64,000 nt of DNA from Eukaryota sp. TZLM1-RC (GCA_040285825.1 JAUPSS010000004.1:2708550-2772549); one strand, 5' to 3'; positions 51,616 to 63,325 are shown, counted from the first letter of the stretch. Program-made: numbers and translations. Notes: generated by a model not told the origin, from the letters alone.

Positions 51616-53141
51616 ATGAACCTCGCCTCCAGCTTTGGCAATCCTATCAACTTTGGCTCTCCATCAAGTAAGCGATTATATGACTTAAAATGTCTACGAA
51701 ACGAGTTCAAAAAATATGATGTTCATCGCCAAATTGAAATCATCCACGATGAGAACGGTCAAGACATCACCGAAAGTCGACTTGCTTTAAAAAGAATAAT
51801 ATCATCAAGAAGTCACTTGACCCCACTTGAAACACTACCACCAAGATCAGCAAGAATAGATCATTGGAGACAGGTGGAGCAGACGCGAAATGAAATCAAA
51901 AAACCTAAGGGTCAAGTTATGCAATGAAGCTTCAAATACAAGGCTTAACTGAACAATTAACCAAAAAAGACGCTGAAAACCAAGAATTAATATTACAAAC
52001 GTCAAGACTCAATCATGGTAAAAAAGATAATGTTGCCATTGACTTTAATTCTGTACTTCCAAAGCTGCTATCTAGTAGTCAACTGAGTGACCAACGGTTA
52101 GTTTTCAAAGGAAAGACTTGTAATTCTCATAGAGCCATTTTATCACTTTTTTCTGGTTATTTTGAAATGTGTTTCTCTCAACACTTTGTAGATTCAGAGG
52201 AGCATGAGTATGATCTAAGCGATGATTTGCCAGTTTCTAATGAAATTTTTGAAACTGTTTTGAATTATTTCCCATTTTCGATAAATGGAAGATTATCAGT
52301 TGAAGCAGAAACTTTTTTGGATGACTTCCAAAAAATGGTACAAGAAAAAACAATGAGAAGATTTGATATATTTTTATGGCGTTCACGGATTCCATTTGCC
52401 ATTATTAATAGATTACCACGGTTGTTCAATCGAATAAGAGAAGCTTTAGCTAGACAGCAAGCAGATCAAGATTTTGTAGAGGAAATCTTGATCCAATGAC
52501 AGTCGTCCCATTAGTATTGAGTTAATTTAATTAAGTGTGCAAATTCAATAAATAAATTTTTATTATTTGTATGGGCAAGAAGTCATTTTGAGTGTTGATA
52601 ATTGTTACGAAATTATGTTTTGTGCAAGATTTCTCAAAATTCCATGTTTGTATGAAAGCTCTCTTAAACAAATTCAGGATAATATTCATTTATCTGGTTT
52701 TCTTACCTCATTGATCATCAAAGCAGAAGAGTGTGGTGATCACCAAATTTTCAGGGAACTAACAGGGCAAACAGAAGGTGATATTCCTGCTTGTTTGAAG
52801 GAGTTATTGCCCAATGTGCATGATTTTGAATCCTTATCTCCTATGATTCTTAGGAAAACAATCTTGCAGTTCTTAGTTTCCACTGAATACAACAATTCCA
52901 TCTATATTGAATGGCTTTCCTGTTCACTAGTGAAGTCGTATTTAGAAGCAACAAGTGAATGGTCTAGCCATTAATTTGGTGAATTGCTTGATTCTATTAA
53001 TGTCTCAAGCTTGACTGCTTCAAAGTGTCGAAGTTTGGTTGTTGATAAGTTGGTTGAGTACAAGGAACTTGAAGTTATCATTTCCTTGTTCTTTATCAAA
53101 AAAGTTTTGCCTTCGTGTGATTTGTGTTTTTGTGCTAAGTA
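51616..53141 (+). pseudogene. BTB/POZ-domain gene disrupted by a retrotransposon
   Basis: HRAILSLFSGYF..FETVLNY|LYGQEVILSVDNCYEIMFCARFLKIPCL is restored when 52271-52568 is removed. Confidence 0.85.
52271..52561 (+). mobile_element. Short family A 3' insertion
   Basis: Family A C-terminus plus 3' UTR; TSD ATTATTT at 52264-70 and 52562-68. Confidence 0.9.
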
Positions 53142-54303
53142 AGAACAGGTGGTCTAGTATTTTTGCACTTAATATAGCATTCATCTTTTTGAAGAGAACA
53201 GTTTCAAAATAACTACTAGCCTCTTTTGCAAATAATAATTAATGTCATAGAATTGAGATGATCTCCTTCGTCGAATTTGTTTTGTGTGCTCTAATTTACC
53301 ACTCAAAAGTAAGGACAATCCAACAACGAAAATTTTTCCGCATATACAACTTTGTAACCAATTGAATGCAAATTCTTATGTTGATGTCAAGCGAGAATAG
53401 CTTGTTAAAGTAACATTGAACCAAAACAGTTTTCCATCAGATTTTGCAAAAGGGTGAGTAATTGTGTTTGAGATGGTTCAATCTACTTTCTTCTATCGCT
53501 CAACGTAAAGGGATAGAACGAATGGCAATTGGAGGTACGATTATGGGAAATGTTAATTTTTCATTAATCGTTAATACCCTGGTCATGTATTTCTGCACCA
53601 AGGAATAAGGATAGCGAGTATTATTGATGTTTCTATCAGGTTGGTGGCGAATCCATATAATCCAGAAGTATTTGATTATACATTGTTGGTTCCTAAAACT
53701 GAAAATATAAACTAACACTTCACTACAAGCAAACGAAAAATGTGCAGCATAAAGATTTCAATCAGACTATGCATTTTTAAATTGACAACCACTAGGAGAA
53801 TGTCTACAACCACCTATCTACCATCATACAGTTTTGATTGTCTCATCAAACTTAATCAACATTATTTATTCTAATATTCTTCACCATTTTGAGCAAAAAC
53901 AATTCTAAAAATGTCTTTTCAGTTTAACCAAGTAAAGATGAGTTTCATACAAATCATAGAAATGAGGAGTTTGCAGAGGAAATTTTGAGTCTGTGAATGT
54001 CGTCCATTCGTTCTGACTTTATTTTCTCAAGTATACAATTTCAATAAAAATTAGTAGCAATGTATTCATGATCTCTGAAATATATTGTTTATATCCAAAA
54101 TTAAACTTAAATTGCAAGCAAACTGTACAAAACCATAATAAAGAAAAGAATAAAAGTATTATATAAAATTTCCGATGCCTGACTAGGATCAATATAGTGA
54201 AAAAATACAAAGCTTAAGTTGAAAATGCAAAAATAAAAATTAAAGAAATAAGTAAGTAAAAATAAACCAAAAACCGCTACAATAGAAAATACTTCAGAGA
54301 AAA

Positions 54304-54621
54304 CTAGTACTGAATTGGTTGGAAAGGAAGGAAAGTAATCTCATAAATGATACGTAGGGCAAAAGCAATGATATTGACTCCAAAACTGATAAGAGCGAGA
54401 ACACTTTCGACCTTGCGCTTGGCTTCGTTGGCATAAATGAAAGCCAATACGCATAGGTATACGGAGGTTATGTGTAGGAACATGATGGAGACACGCCAAG
54501 CAGATGGTATTCCTCCGCCGTATCCAACAACAAAGTCAACAAGAGCCAAGGAAAAGAGAAAAACAGCAAGGACAAGACTCATGTAGAGCCAGTGCTGCTT
54601 TGTCCCATAGTTTACCTTCAT
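54304..54621 (-). CDS. Small 3-TM membrane protein (duplicate)
   Basis: Same protein as 46445-46762. Confidence 0.6.
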   Translation of the reverse strand: MKVNYGTKQHWLYMSLVLAVFLFSLALVDFVVGYGGGIPSAWRVSIMFLHITSVYLCVLAFIYANEAKRKVESVLALISFGVNIIAFALRIIYEITFLPFQPIQY

Positions 54622-54661
54622 TAAATCATTTGTAAGAAATTTATGCAATAATTCGTTCATC

Positions 54662-55810
54662 ATGAATTCACATGATCTGCAGCAATTACAGCAGCGCTTT
54701 CCAAAGGCTGATCCTGATGTCATTCAGTTATTTTATGGAGAGTGTGGTCACTCGGTTACCAAAACCTCGCATATGCTGAAACAGATGATGGCAGAATCGG
54801 TCCCCGATACTTCTTCTCACCTTCAACATGCACATGAATTTCCCCCGCAGAACTTTGATCAAGAATTTCGTCCCACAGGTGATACTCTACAAGGATGTTA
54901 TCCTCATGTTAGTTCATCAACCACATATGAACAACATTATCCCCCATTAGGCGATCAAACTGTTCACAGCAAGGGCTCTGTTCCAAACCATCCATCTTCT
55001 GGCAATAGTTCTTTCCGTGATGATTTCTATCGGAATGGCAACTATTCCAGTAATTATAATCCCCAACATTCTCCCACTAAGGCGATCCATACATCACCCC
55101 AAAGAGGCGTTGGTTCTCAACTCAACCACACCACTCCCCAATCACATCATGGTACAGGAAGTAGCAGCTCTAACCATAAAGCTCAGTTAACACCACATCC
55201 TCAATCAACCCAACGTTCAATGTCTACAGAACAAGTCCTAGCCTCAGGGTCTCCATCAACGCATTCAACTCGTATACAAGCCAATAACACTATCAGTCAG
55301 CAACAACACAAATCCCAATCAAAAACAACTCAAAAGGCAATGAACTCTGCTCCAACGAAATCTAACCCCAACCCCAACCCTGTCCAGAGGTCACCATCTT
55401 TAAATGAACCTGAAAAAGGTGATGTGCTTCTTAACCCCTCTGATCCTGGTCTAGGTCTACCACCACTTGCTGATCATGGTATGCCAATCAGTCAATTAAT
55501 CAAGCTCAAAGTTTCCATGGAAAGGGTTTTGGCAAACCAAGCTTGTAAAGCAGTTGTTTATAAGGAATGTAATGCCTTTCTCTTACATTTAACCACATTA
55601 ATTTCACAAAAGTCTATATCTGTGTTACATATGAATGAAGATGATTTAGAGTTGATAGAAGTGCTTCAAAGTGCAAGTATTTTGCCCGTTAAACTGGTTT
55701 GTGGTAGTGGTAATGTTTTAAGTCAAGTTGAGCGTTATCTGGAGAGTAATATGCCCAATGCGTTCATTAAGGATCCTATTGAAGAAGTGTTTTACGTAGG
55801 TTGTGATTGA
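54662..55810 (+). CDS. CUE, low-complexity linker and divergent Smr-like domain protein
   Basis: CUE-like LQQRFPKADPDVI; S/Q/H/P-rich linker; Smr-like C-terminus. The architecture recalls Cue2/N4BP2. Confidence 0.55.
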   Translation: MNSHDLQQLQQRFPKADPDVIQLFYGECGHSVTKTSHMLKQMMAESVPDTSSHLQHAHEFPPQNFDQEFRPTGDTLQGCYPHVSSSTTYEQHYPPLGDQTVHSKGSVPNHPSSGNSSFRDDFYRNGNYSSNYNPQHSPTKAIHTSPQRGVGSQLNHTTPQSHHGTGSSSSNHKAQLTPHPQSTQRSMSTEQVLASGSPSTHSTRIQANNTISQQQHKSQSKTTQKAMNSAPTKSNPNPNPVQRSPSLNEPEKGDVLLNPSDPGLGLPPLADHGMPISQLIKLKVSMERVLANQACKAVVYKECNAFLLHLTTLISQKSISVLHMNEDDLELIEVLQSASILPVKLVCGSGNVLSQVERYLESNMPNAFIKDPIEEVFYVGCD

Positions 55811-56026
55811 TTGAATATATTCTTTGTTTTGTCTTGTAAATGGTTGTTTTCGGTTTTTGGTCTCACTGTCAGCTTACACTTAATGATAATGCTCTAATTG
55901 TTGAACCTGAGCAGAGAAAATCTCTTAGTTGTGGGATAATTTGACAAGGGCTTTGCTTTAACATTGGCATGTAATGATAGTAACAGTATATTGTTTTTGA
56001 TCAGAGTGTTGACTCAATACATTATA

Positions 56027-56192
56027 CTGTGAATTTCTATCAAAACGCACTTCTGGCTTTTGACCAATTCATGCAATCTTGATAGACGTTAAGCTTACTT
56101 TAGTTCTATCACTATATGATATCACGATCAAATGATAGTTAAAGCAGCAACAGCACAATACGCGTACAGGTACGCAATACATGGAAAAACAG
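56027..56192 (-). ncRNA. Putative omegaRNA scaffold / right end of Fanzor F4
   Basis: Three hairpins (GCGTA/TACGC, CTATCAT/GTGATAG, TCTATCAAGA/TTTTGATAGA); ends AAATTCACAG exactly where homology to the paralogous locus begins. Confidence 0.75.
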
Positions 56193-57484
56193 TTATCTAC
56201 GGGGTCTCCGGAACGCCTCAGGTCTTTCATTGTAGTAGTGCTCACTTATGGCAATCTCCAGTTGGTTTCTGGAAGCTGAGATGTCCCTCGACCAGAGTGT
56301 CTGACATTGAGGGCAAACAAACTTATCATTGTTCACCCTCCCATCATCGTGATACAACTTTTGATTGAATACCTTACAGCAATTCGTTTTGGCAGATGTG
56401 TAGAATTCATCTCCATTAGGCTTCACATATGTAAAATGTTTCTGAATCTCCTTCAAAAAGCGCTTCCTTGGGGTTTTCACAGATTTTTGGGGGCAAAAGA
56501 AAAAGTGAAGCAGACTGAAACAGCATCTGAACTGATTGTGTAAGTCAGATACTGCTTTTTTCTGAAAAAGGCAAACGGATCTTTCAGCTGACAGTGGTTG
56601 GCATTAAAAGAGAGAAAATGCTTTTCCAGTTTTTGACTAAAAGAGATAAAGCCAGGAGAATAACTGGGGGATGGGGACACGGCATTTCTTCGCATGGTGT
56701 CAGATGCAATATTTTCCAGAAAGGATAAAATATTTAGCCCAGCAGTGAATAAGAAGGTGATGTTGTCTGGACTGAGATCAACATTGTCCAGCATTAACAT
56801 AGCGTCAAAACGATGAGGGTCAGCAACCTGCTGAATAAATAGGTCCATTATGTACTCATGGTGACCTTCATCATACCATGCGCGCAAAGAGTCAGGAATA
56901 GTGGCTACAGTCGTGTTCACCACTAATGAAGCATATTTCTTTGGGCAAAGGCACTCAAAGAAGGTAGCCATTGTCCGGAAGAAGTTCAGCTTCCAGGAGA
57001 CAGGGCCATCAGTAAGTATTTGACAAAAGCTGTTCGCCATTTGCAGTGCGCGAAAGCTTCTAATGTCAGAGTGGCACCAGTTGTCGGTTCCCTTCTGAAA
57101 GCCAATAGGAGGAAACGGCCAGCCAGGTCGGAAAGAGACATCATAGAGTGCGCGGTACACTTCCATATGATTCTCGAATGGGCGTCTCACAGTCGGATTA
57201 GGTACCATTACAAAGTCTTGACATTGATACCAAAACTGTTGTTGATATAACCAGAAAGCCATTTCCGGATATTGCAGGACAAACAGCTGTGCTAACCGGG
57301 CAGTAAGCACAGTCACAGTTCGAATATAGCGAAACTGTCTTTCCATTGAAACAAGAGCTGCAGTAGAGAAGAACTGAGCAGCACTTGTTGGAACTGTCAT
57401 CTTGCTGTCGTTTATTGGATGCTCACGACGGTTAGCCTCCCAGGGAGTACACGCCCTCGACGTGGCAACTCTGGATTTGCCATT
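56193..57484 (-). pseudogene. Fanzor copy F4 with an internal deletion of RuvC-I, the bridge helix and the FGNG region
   Basis: N-terminal half is homologous to F1; C-terminus DEFYTSAKTNCC..CPQCQTLWSRDISASRN..RPEAFRR; junction at ~56480-56490. Confidence 0.88.
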
Positions 57485-58224
57485 GGGGTGAATATGTCAG
57501 TCGAGAAAAGATCAGACAGTCAACAATAAAAATTTGATTTATTCACAACCTCTTACATCTATACAAATACAAAGCCTGAGCAAAATGATAATTAAACACT
57601 ATAATACGTGATAATTAAGCTGTCGCAACTATTTTCTTTCGTGAAAAGGTTACAGTTGAAGGAGTTTTCTCGGTGATAACATTAGCATATCCAATCAAGA
57701 AAACGTGTTGTTTCAATGAGTTCGTATAAAGTTTTTTTTCATAATGTGATCAACTTGACACTTCTTTAATCTTTAAATAGGAAACCACTTAACCTAACAA
57801 TGACTCTAGACAGGACAACATTCACAACTTCTCTCTTACACGAACTCTATCTTCTCCGATGTGAAGACTTGACAACGTCAGCGAAAATAACATTTCTGAC
57901 TCCCTTACACCTACAATTGTCTCGTTCCTAACTAACAATAGTACGCTGACCACATTCGCTCTTGGCCTTTTTCCTATGAACCAACTTAAGTAGACAAAAG
58001 CTTGATTTCTTAAGTTACTTCGAAACTATACATTGTTCTTCAACTTTCGCTTTCGCTACTGGTGATAATGTATTGAGATCAGGTTGTTGCATCGGACTCA
58101 TAGGTATACCAGCACCTTCAGTACCCTTTCCAGCAGCCTTTAGACTGTCAGCAGTGGGTTCAATAACTTTGGTTTGATACTGTTGTTTCTTAAACACCTC
58201 TGATCTCTTTCTTCCATTCAGAAT

Positions 58225-58899
58225 GTGTTCAGCCCTAAATTGCTTTTATCATACAGAGTCAAGGACAATGTGTCTTTTGAACTTCATGATGTTGACTTAC
58301 CTTGCTGTACACTGCCATCTCCTGGCATCAGCTTTCTAGATGGTTACTCATCAGCCAAATTGCCGTCTCAACCTACTCAAGCTAAACCATCGATTCTAGA
58401 AGCACTTGAAGCATCGCAACAGAATTTTCACCACTATGACGTCATCAGTTTTCATAATACTATTTCACGTTTATGTATGCTCAATTATCTCCCAGATCCA
58501 TATTTTTGTTTTTTTGCAATTAAAAGAAATTCAACTTTATTTTTAGAAATGATAGATGATTCTCCTCCTCCAAAGAATGAAATACATAAAAAATCCATTT
58601 TTATTGGTAGGAAAGTTGAACAGGTCTTGTTGGGTGAACATAAGACTAGAAAACCCCATCGTTCGTATTATGGAAACAACTTTATCTCTTAATAAAGGGA
58701 ACTCCAAAGAGATAAAGATTCTTTTGGCTTGTGAAACAGATTGTAGGTCGTCAAAGGGAGAACCAATAGAGATTAAGTCACAGCAGAGTAGCAGCAAACG
58801 CAGCACACTAGGGGAGAGAAAGCTATGAGGACGTGGTTACAGAGTACGTTGGGTGGAGTTGGTAAAGTTTTCGAAATTGAACATCTAAATGCTACCTAG
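58225..58899 (+). pseudogene. DXO/Rai1-family decapping nuclease, frameshifted
   Basis: Motifs in the expected order: DVISFHNTI, KRNSTLFLE, GRKVE, LACETDC, IEIKS, and by my translation RTWLQSTLGGVGKV. Confidence 0.7.
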
Positions 58900-59515
58900 A
58901 TCACTACAAGGCGGTCAATTTTGGATTACCTTCAACTTCAAGCTTTAACAAGGTATTATCATGGGATTCACGGAAGTTGTTTGGTTGTCTTACTTGGTTG
59001 TTCACTTGCTTCACTTGCTGAATCACTTGCTTTGAGCTTAAAAATGAGCTGTCAGGCGTCAAAAGTCGTTTGACTTCTACTGACCAGGAAAGCTCCAGGA
59101 AAGCTCTGACCAGGAAGCTCCACATAAGGCTAGAAATCATTGAATGTGAAAATATTTTTTTTGAAAATTGATTGAATTAAAATAATTGAATTGAAATTGA
59201 AATAAATTGAAATAAAATAATTGAATTGAATTGAACAGTAGAATTATCAAAGTTCTAAATAACCTTTTCTTGTAAACTGTATTTTAAATAACACCACCAG
59301 TAATTCTTAATTAAGAAACATCATTTAAAACCCATCATTAATTTAGAAAATACCAAAGTCACTCATTAGAGTTAATGCCAAATCGGACCAAGATAAAACA
59401 AAAGTTACTAAACAAGGGGGTAAACGTTCCAAGTCCTCCAGTAAGTAGAGAACTAGTAGTCAGAGTATAATTAATCATTTTTCCTCTACATAGTTACTCT
59501 TGATTGGTTATTGGT

Positions 59516-59797
59516 ATGCGTCATCTAGTCGTCTTTTTGTGTTTGGCATGCATTTTGTGCTTTGCCACAGCTTCCAGTCCTGCTGAGGATACTAGCAACT
59601 CTAAATGTTTGGAGTGTAAGTCTAACCTCCGAACAATCCAACATTGTCCTAACTGGGAGTTCTGTGGTATCCGATGCAATGCACTCCACCCAGCCTATCA
59701 TAAAGCATGTCTTGGTGCTTGTTATAATATGCTAGCAGGCAGATGTCCATTATCCTTGTGCATCAACGAGAGCTGCATAACGTATGGATTCTGTTAG
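59516..59797 (+). CDS. Secreted cysteine-rich saposin-like protein (duplicate)
   Basis: One amino-acid difference from 47578-47859. Confidence 0.6.
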   Translation: MRHLVVFLCLACILCFATASSPAEDTSNSKCLECKSNLRTIQHCPNWEFCGIRCNALHPAYHKACLGACYNMLAGRCPLSLCINESCITYGFC

Positions 59798-60549
59798 TTA
59801 TTCTGTGTTGTTTCAATGTATATGTTTCTTGTTCAATAAATTCTTTTTTGTTTTGTTCATTACATTACGTTTTCTTTTTAACAAAACAGTGGATGTGTTT
59901 CATTCATTTTCTGAACATGTGTTGGTTTGGTTGATCTCATAATCTCAACATCATGGATGCCAAAACTAAATTGGGATAGCTTGGACCAATAAGATATTGG
60001 CAATAACTGTCTTCTTCCTTTCATTTATCTTATTCTACGCACGTTAGAGGAGAATTTATTGTGGCACAAACAATTTCCTTCTGTGAAACCTGGAAATGTA
60101 TTTAATATAAATCCTTCATTACAGATGTCATGAAATTGGACTCATTTTATTCTCATTTAAAATGACACCGTGTGTCGAGTATGATACGTGTTCCAAAAAG
60201 TATTCTTGAATTTGGTGACTTTTATATTATAATCATTTGTAGTGGAGAATTAGTCTAATTTGGGAATAATGAGTAAATATTGGGACAGATAAATAATGCG
60301 AAAAGATTATTAAATTCAAATATGACAGTTTTATGATGGTGTGTGTCAGATATCAGTTCCTAACTTCATCATTCAAAACCTGTCACCGTTGCCAATGTTC
60401 AATAGGGCAGTTTATCAATAATGCAACCAGTGGAGGGCATAAAAATTCAAAATGAACACTCAAATAGCAGAAACTACCAAAAGGTTTAGGCTCAAGGACT
60501 CCTGGATTCGGTTTTTGTACCATAACGAGCCTTGATCAGTCCTACCACA

Positions 60550-62806
60550 TTTATTGAACATGCATACTTAATTAAATTAATTCATAACTAATGGGACGAA
60601 TATCATTGAACCAGGATTTCCTCTACAAAATCTTGATCTGCTTGCTGTCTAGCTAAAGCTTCTCTGATTCGATTGAAAGACGGAGGTAATCTATTAATAA
60701 TGGCAAATTGAATCCGTGAACGCCATAAAAAAATATCAAATCTTTTCATTGTTTTTTCTTTCACCATTTTTTGGAAGTCATCCAAAAAAGTTTCTGCTTC
60801 AACTGATAATCTTCCATTTATCGAAAATGGAAAAGCAATAAAAACCAGCTGTGTTTTTCTATCGATATTTGCATCTTCAATTTCTTTATCATATTTTCTA
60901 TGTTTTTCTTTTGCTTTAAAATCCAGAGCAGCCACAGGATTAAGTTTTCTTCTGTGAACCAAAGTATCGTTTGCAACATTACATGAGACAAAGTCAACAA
61001 TGGCTTCAGAATTATCAATCCAATCACAGTATACATCACCTCTATCATCAGAACCAAAATTATTCAGAGAAAGTGTTTCTTTCAGCAGGGGCTCTTTGAT
61101 ACACGATATCCTTGCAGTTTGTGCCATATTGAAAACAGTGTCTCTAACAGCATCATGTAATGAAGAACGATAAGTTATCAATTTAGAGCAATTTAGAGCA
61201 TGGCGCAAAGTGAGTTGAGGTGAATTCGAACAAATACATTTTTCTTTTGATAATAATTGATTAATGGGGATATTCAATTATAATCTCATTTTTGTTACAA
61301 ATGCTTCATTAGTGGCACACAATCCAAATCTTCGTGGTACAATGGTTACAAAAAGTGAAGAATCTGATGACTTATTTTCACAAACACCCTTTTCCAATAA
61401 CAATGAGTGAAGATCTTGATTTAAAAGAGCCAAACTGCATATATTTTTATAAAGATCATTTTCATACATTCCAATCAATCGTTTTGTACTGTTCGAAGAG
61501 TGTATTTTACATTTAAAAGATTTTTTTCTGGAATATTGCCATTGAATGATTGGGGAAAACATCGACCCCATTTTTCTACATCAATTCTTGAAATTTCTTC
61601 ATTTAATGCAAAAACAGTGGAACTTTGCGTTGTCATCAATAAATCTTCCCAATCTGCAAATCTTTCGGAGAACTCAAAGATTGCATTTCTGCATCCACCA
61701 ACAAAAGCACACGAGGTAAGAATAGAAGCCTTCGTCCACCCTAAACCACCATATTGTGGACTAAGGTAAGCATGATCTGGAATTTGAAACATTTTACATC
61801 CCAGTAATTGAGACAGAACTTTTGCACGTAACTCATTAAACTTTTGAGCCAAAGGTCTAGTGACGAGAGGATTTGTAGATCGAAATATATGATTAAAATT
61901 GGAACTAAAACACAGTCTTATAATGGTAAATTTGATGTGTTTTTTTATATCTAAATTCATCATTCGGTCAATTTTGTCAGAAATTGAGTTCAACTTTTCA
62001 AACAATTTTTGGTAATTTCATCATTATTTCCTAAAAACGAACCCAAATGACGAATAGCATCAATTGAATATAATTTGGCTTGAATTTCAATATCATCAAT
62101 TATTGTGGAAACTGGAGAATTCGATAACAAAACACATTTAAGTAAATTAAGTCGGAGACCAATTTTGGTAAATAATTCTTTAAAACATACAGTTGCTTTT
62201 TTCACAATATTTAATTCACCAATAAGCACAACATCATCCATATATGCAATCATTTTTAGTGAAGGAAACATCACTTGAATTTGCAGTAGAATAGGATGAA
62301 TGGCCAAACAAAACAAAAGAGGTCCTAACGAATCTCCTTGCTTTACGCCACTTGATGAAATCAAAATGTTGTTACCAAAATGTAAATTAGAATATGTGCA
62401 ATATGTTGATTGAAAATATGGTATTAATTCTGGCATATATTGCAATAGAGCACCATGGATACTGCGACGACTTAGCGAATTGAAAGCATTACTAAAATCC
62501 AATGACATGCAAACATTGGATTCATTTTGACGAAATAAGACATCAGTAGCAAAAATCGCTGAAGAGACTCCATCTGTAGTATTTATACCATATTGAAAGG
62601 GTAATAAAATCTTTTTAGCTTTTTCATTGAACCTGCTTAAGCAACACGCAGAAAAAATATTATGTAAGCTCTCAGAGACTGCAATAGGACGAACATCCAT
62701 TTTTGAATTTTTGACAAGTGCAGTCAAACGAGAACTTCTTAATTCTTCTGGGTACTTGCGTTGACCAGATAATATTTGGTTGAAAAATTTGGTCAATAAA
62801 CCAAGG
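60550..62806 (-). mobile_element. Family A retrotransposon, 5'-truncated
   Basis: RT (VRPIAVSE, LDFSNAFNS, AYMDD), knuckle, RLE and 3' UTR. Confidence 0.92.
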
Positions 62807-63325
62807 GAAAGCAATAAAAACTAGATGTGTATTTCTACCAGCATTAGCTTCTTCAATATCTTTATCATATTTTATATGTTTTTCTTTACTCACAGGATTA
62901 AGTTTTCTTCTGTGAACCAAAGTATCATTTGCAACATTGCATGAGACAAAATCAACAATAGCTTCAGAGTTATCAATCCAATCACAGTATACATCACCTC
63001 TATCATCAGAGCCAAAATTATTCAGAGAACGTGTTTCTCTCAGCAGAAGCTCTTTGATACACGATATTCTTGCAGTTTGTGCCTTATTGAAAACAGTGTC
63101 TCTAACAGCATCATGTAATGAAGAACGATAAGCTATCAATTCAGAACAATTCAGAGCATGACGCAAAGTGAGCTGAGGGTGAATTTGATCAAATACAATT
63201 TTCTTTTAATAATAATTGATTAGTGAGGATATTCAAATATAATCTCATTTTTGTTACAAATGCTTTATTAGTGGCACACAATCCAAATTTTCGTGGTACA
63301 ATGGTTACAAAAAGTGCTGAATCCG
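62807..63325 (-). mobile_element. Internal family A knuckle/RLE fragment fused upstream of the previous copy
   Basis: FVTIVPRKFGL..HALNC..RGDVYCDW..LVFIAFP is joined directly to mid-RT sequence. Confidence 0.85.

Larger units (their letters stand above)
53447..60235 (+). repeat. Segmental duplication, copy 2 (with ~3.47 kb of extra sequence at 56027-59495)
   Basis: Homology to copy 1 breaks at 56026 and resumes at ~59496. Confidence 0.93.

Noticed and set aside
56027-59495. Tc1/mariner-type TIR element (TA|CTGTG..)
   Set aside because: No matching CACAG|TA inverted end was found on the other side, and F2 is followed by GG rather than TA.
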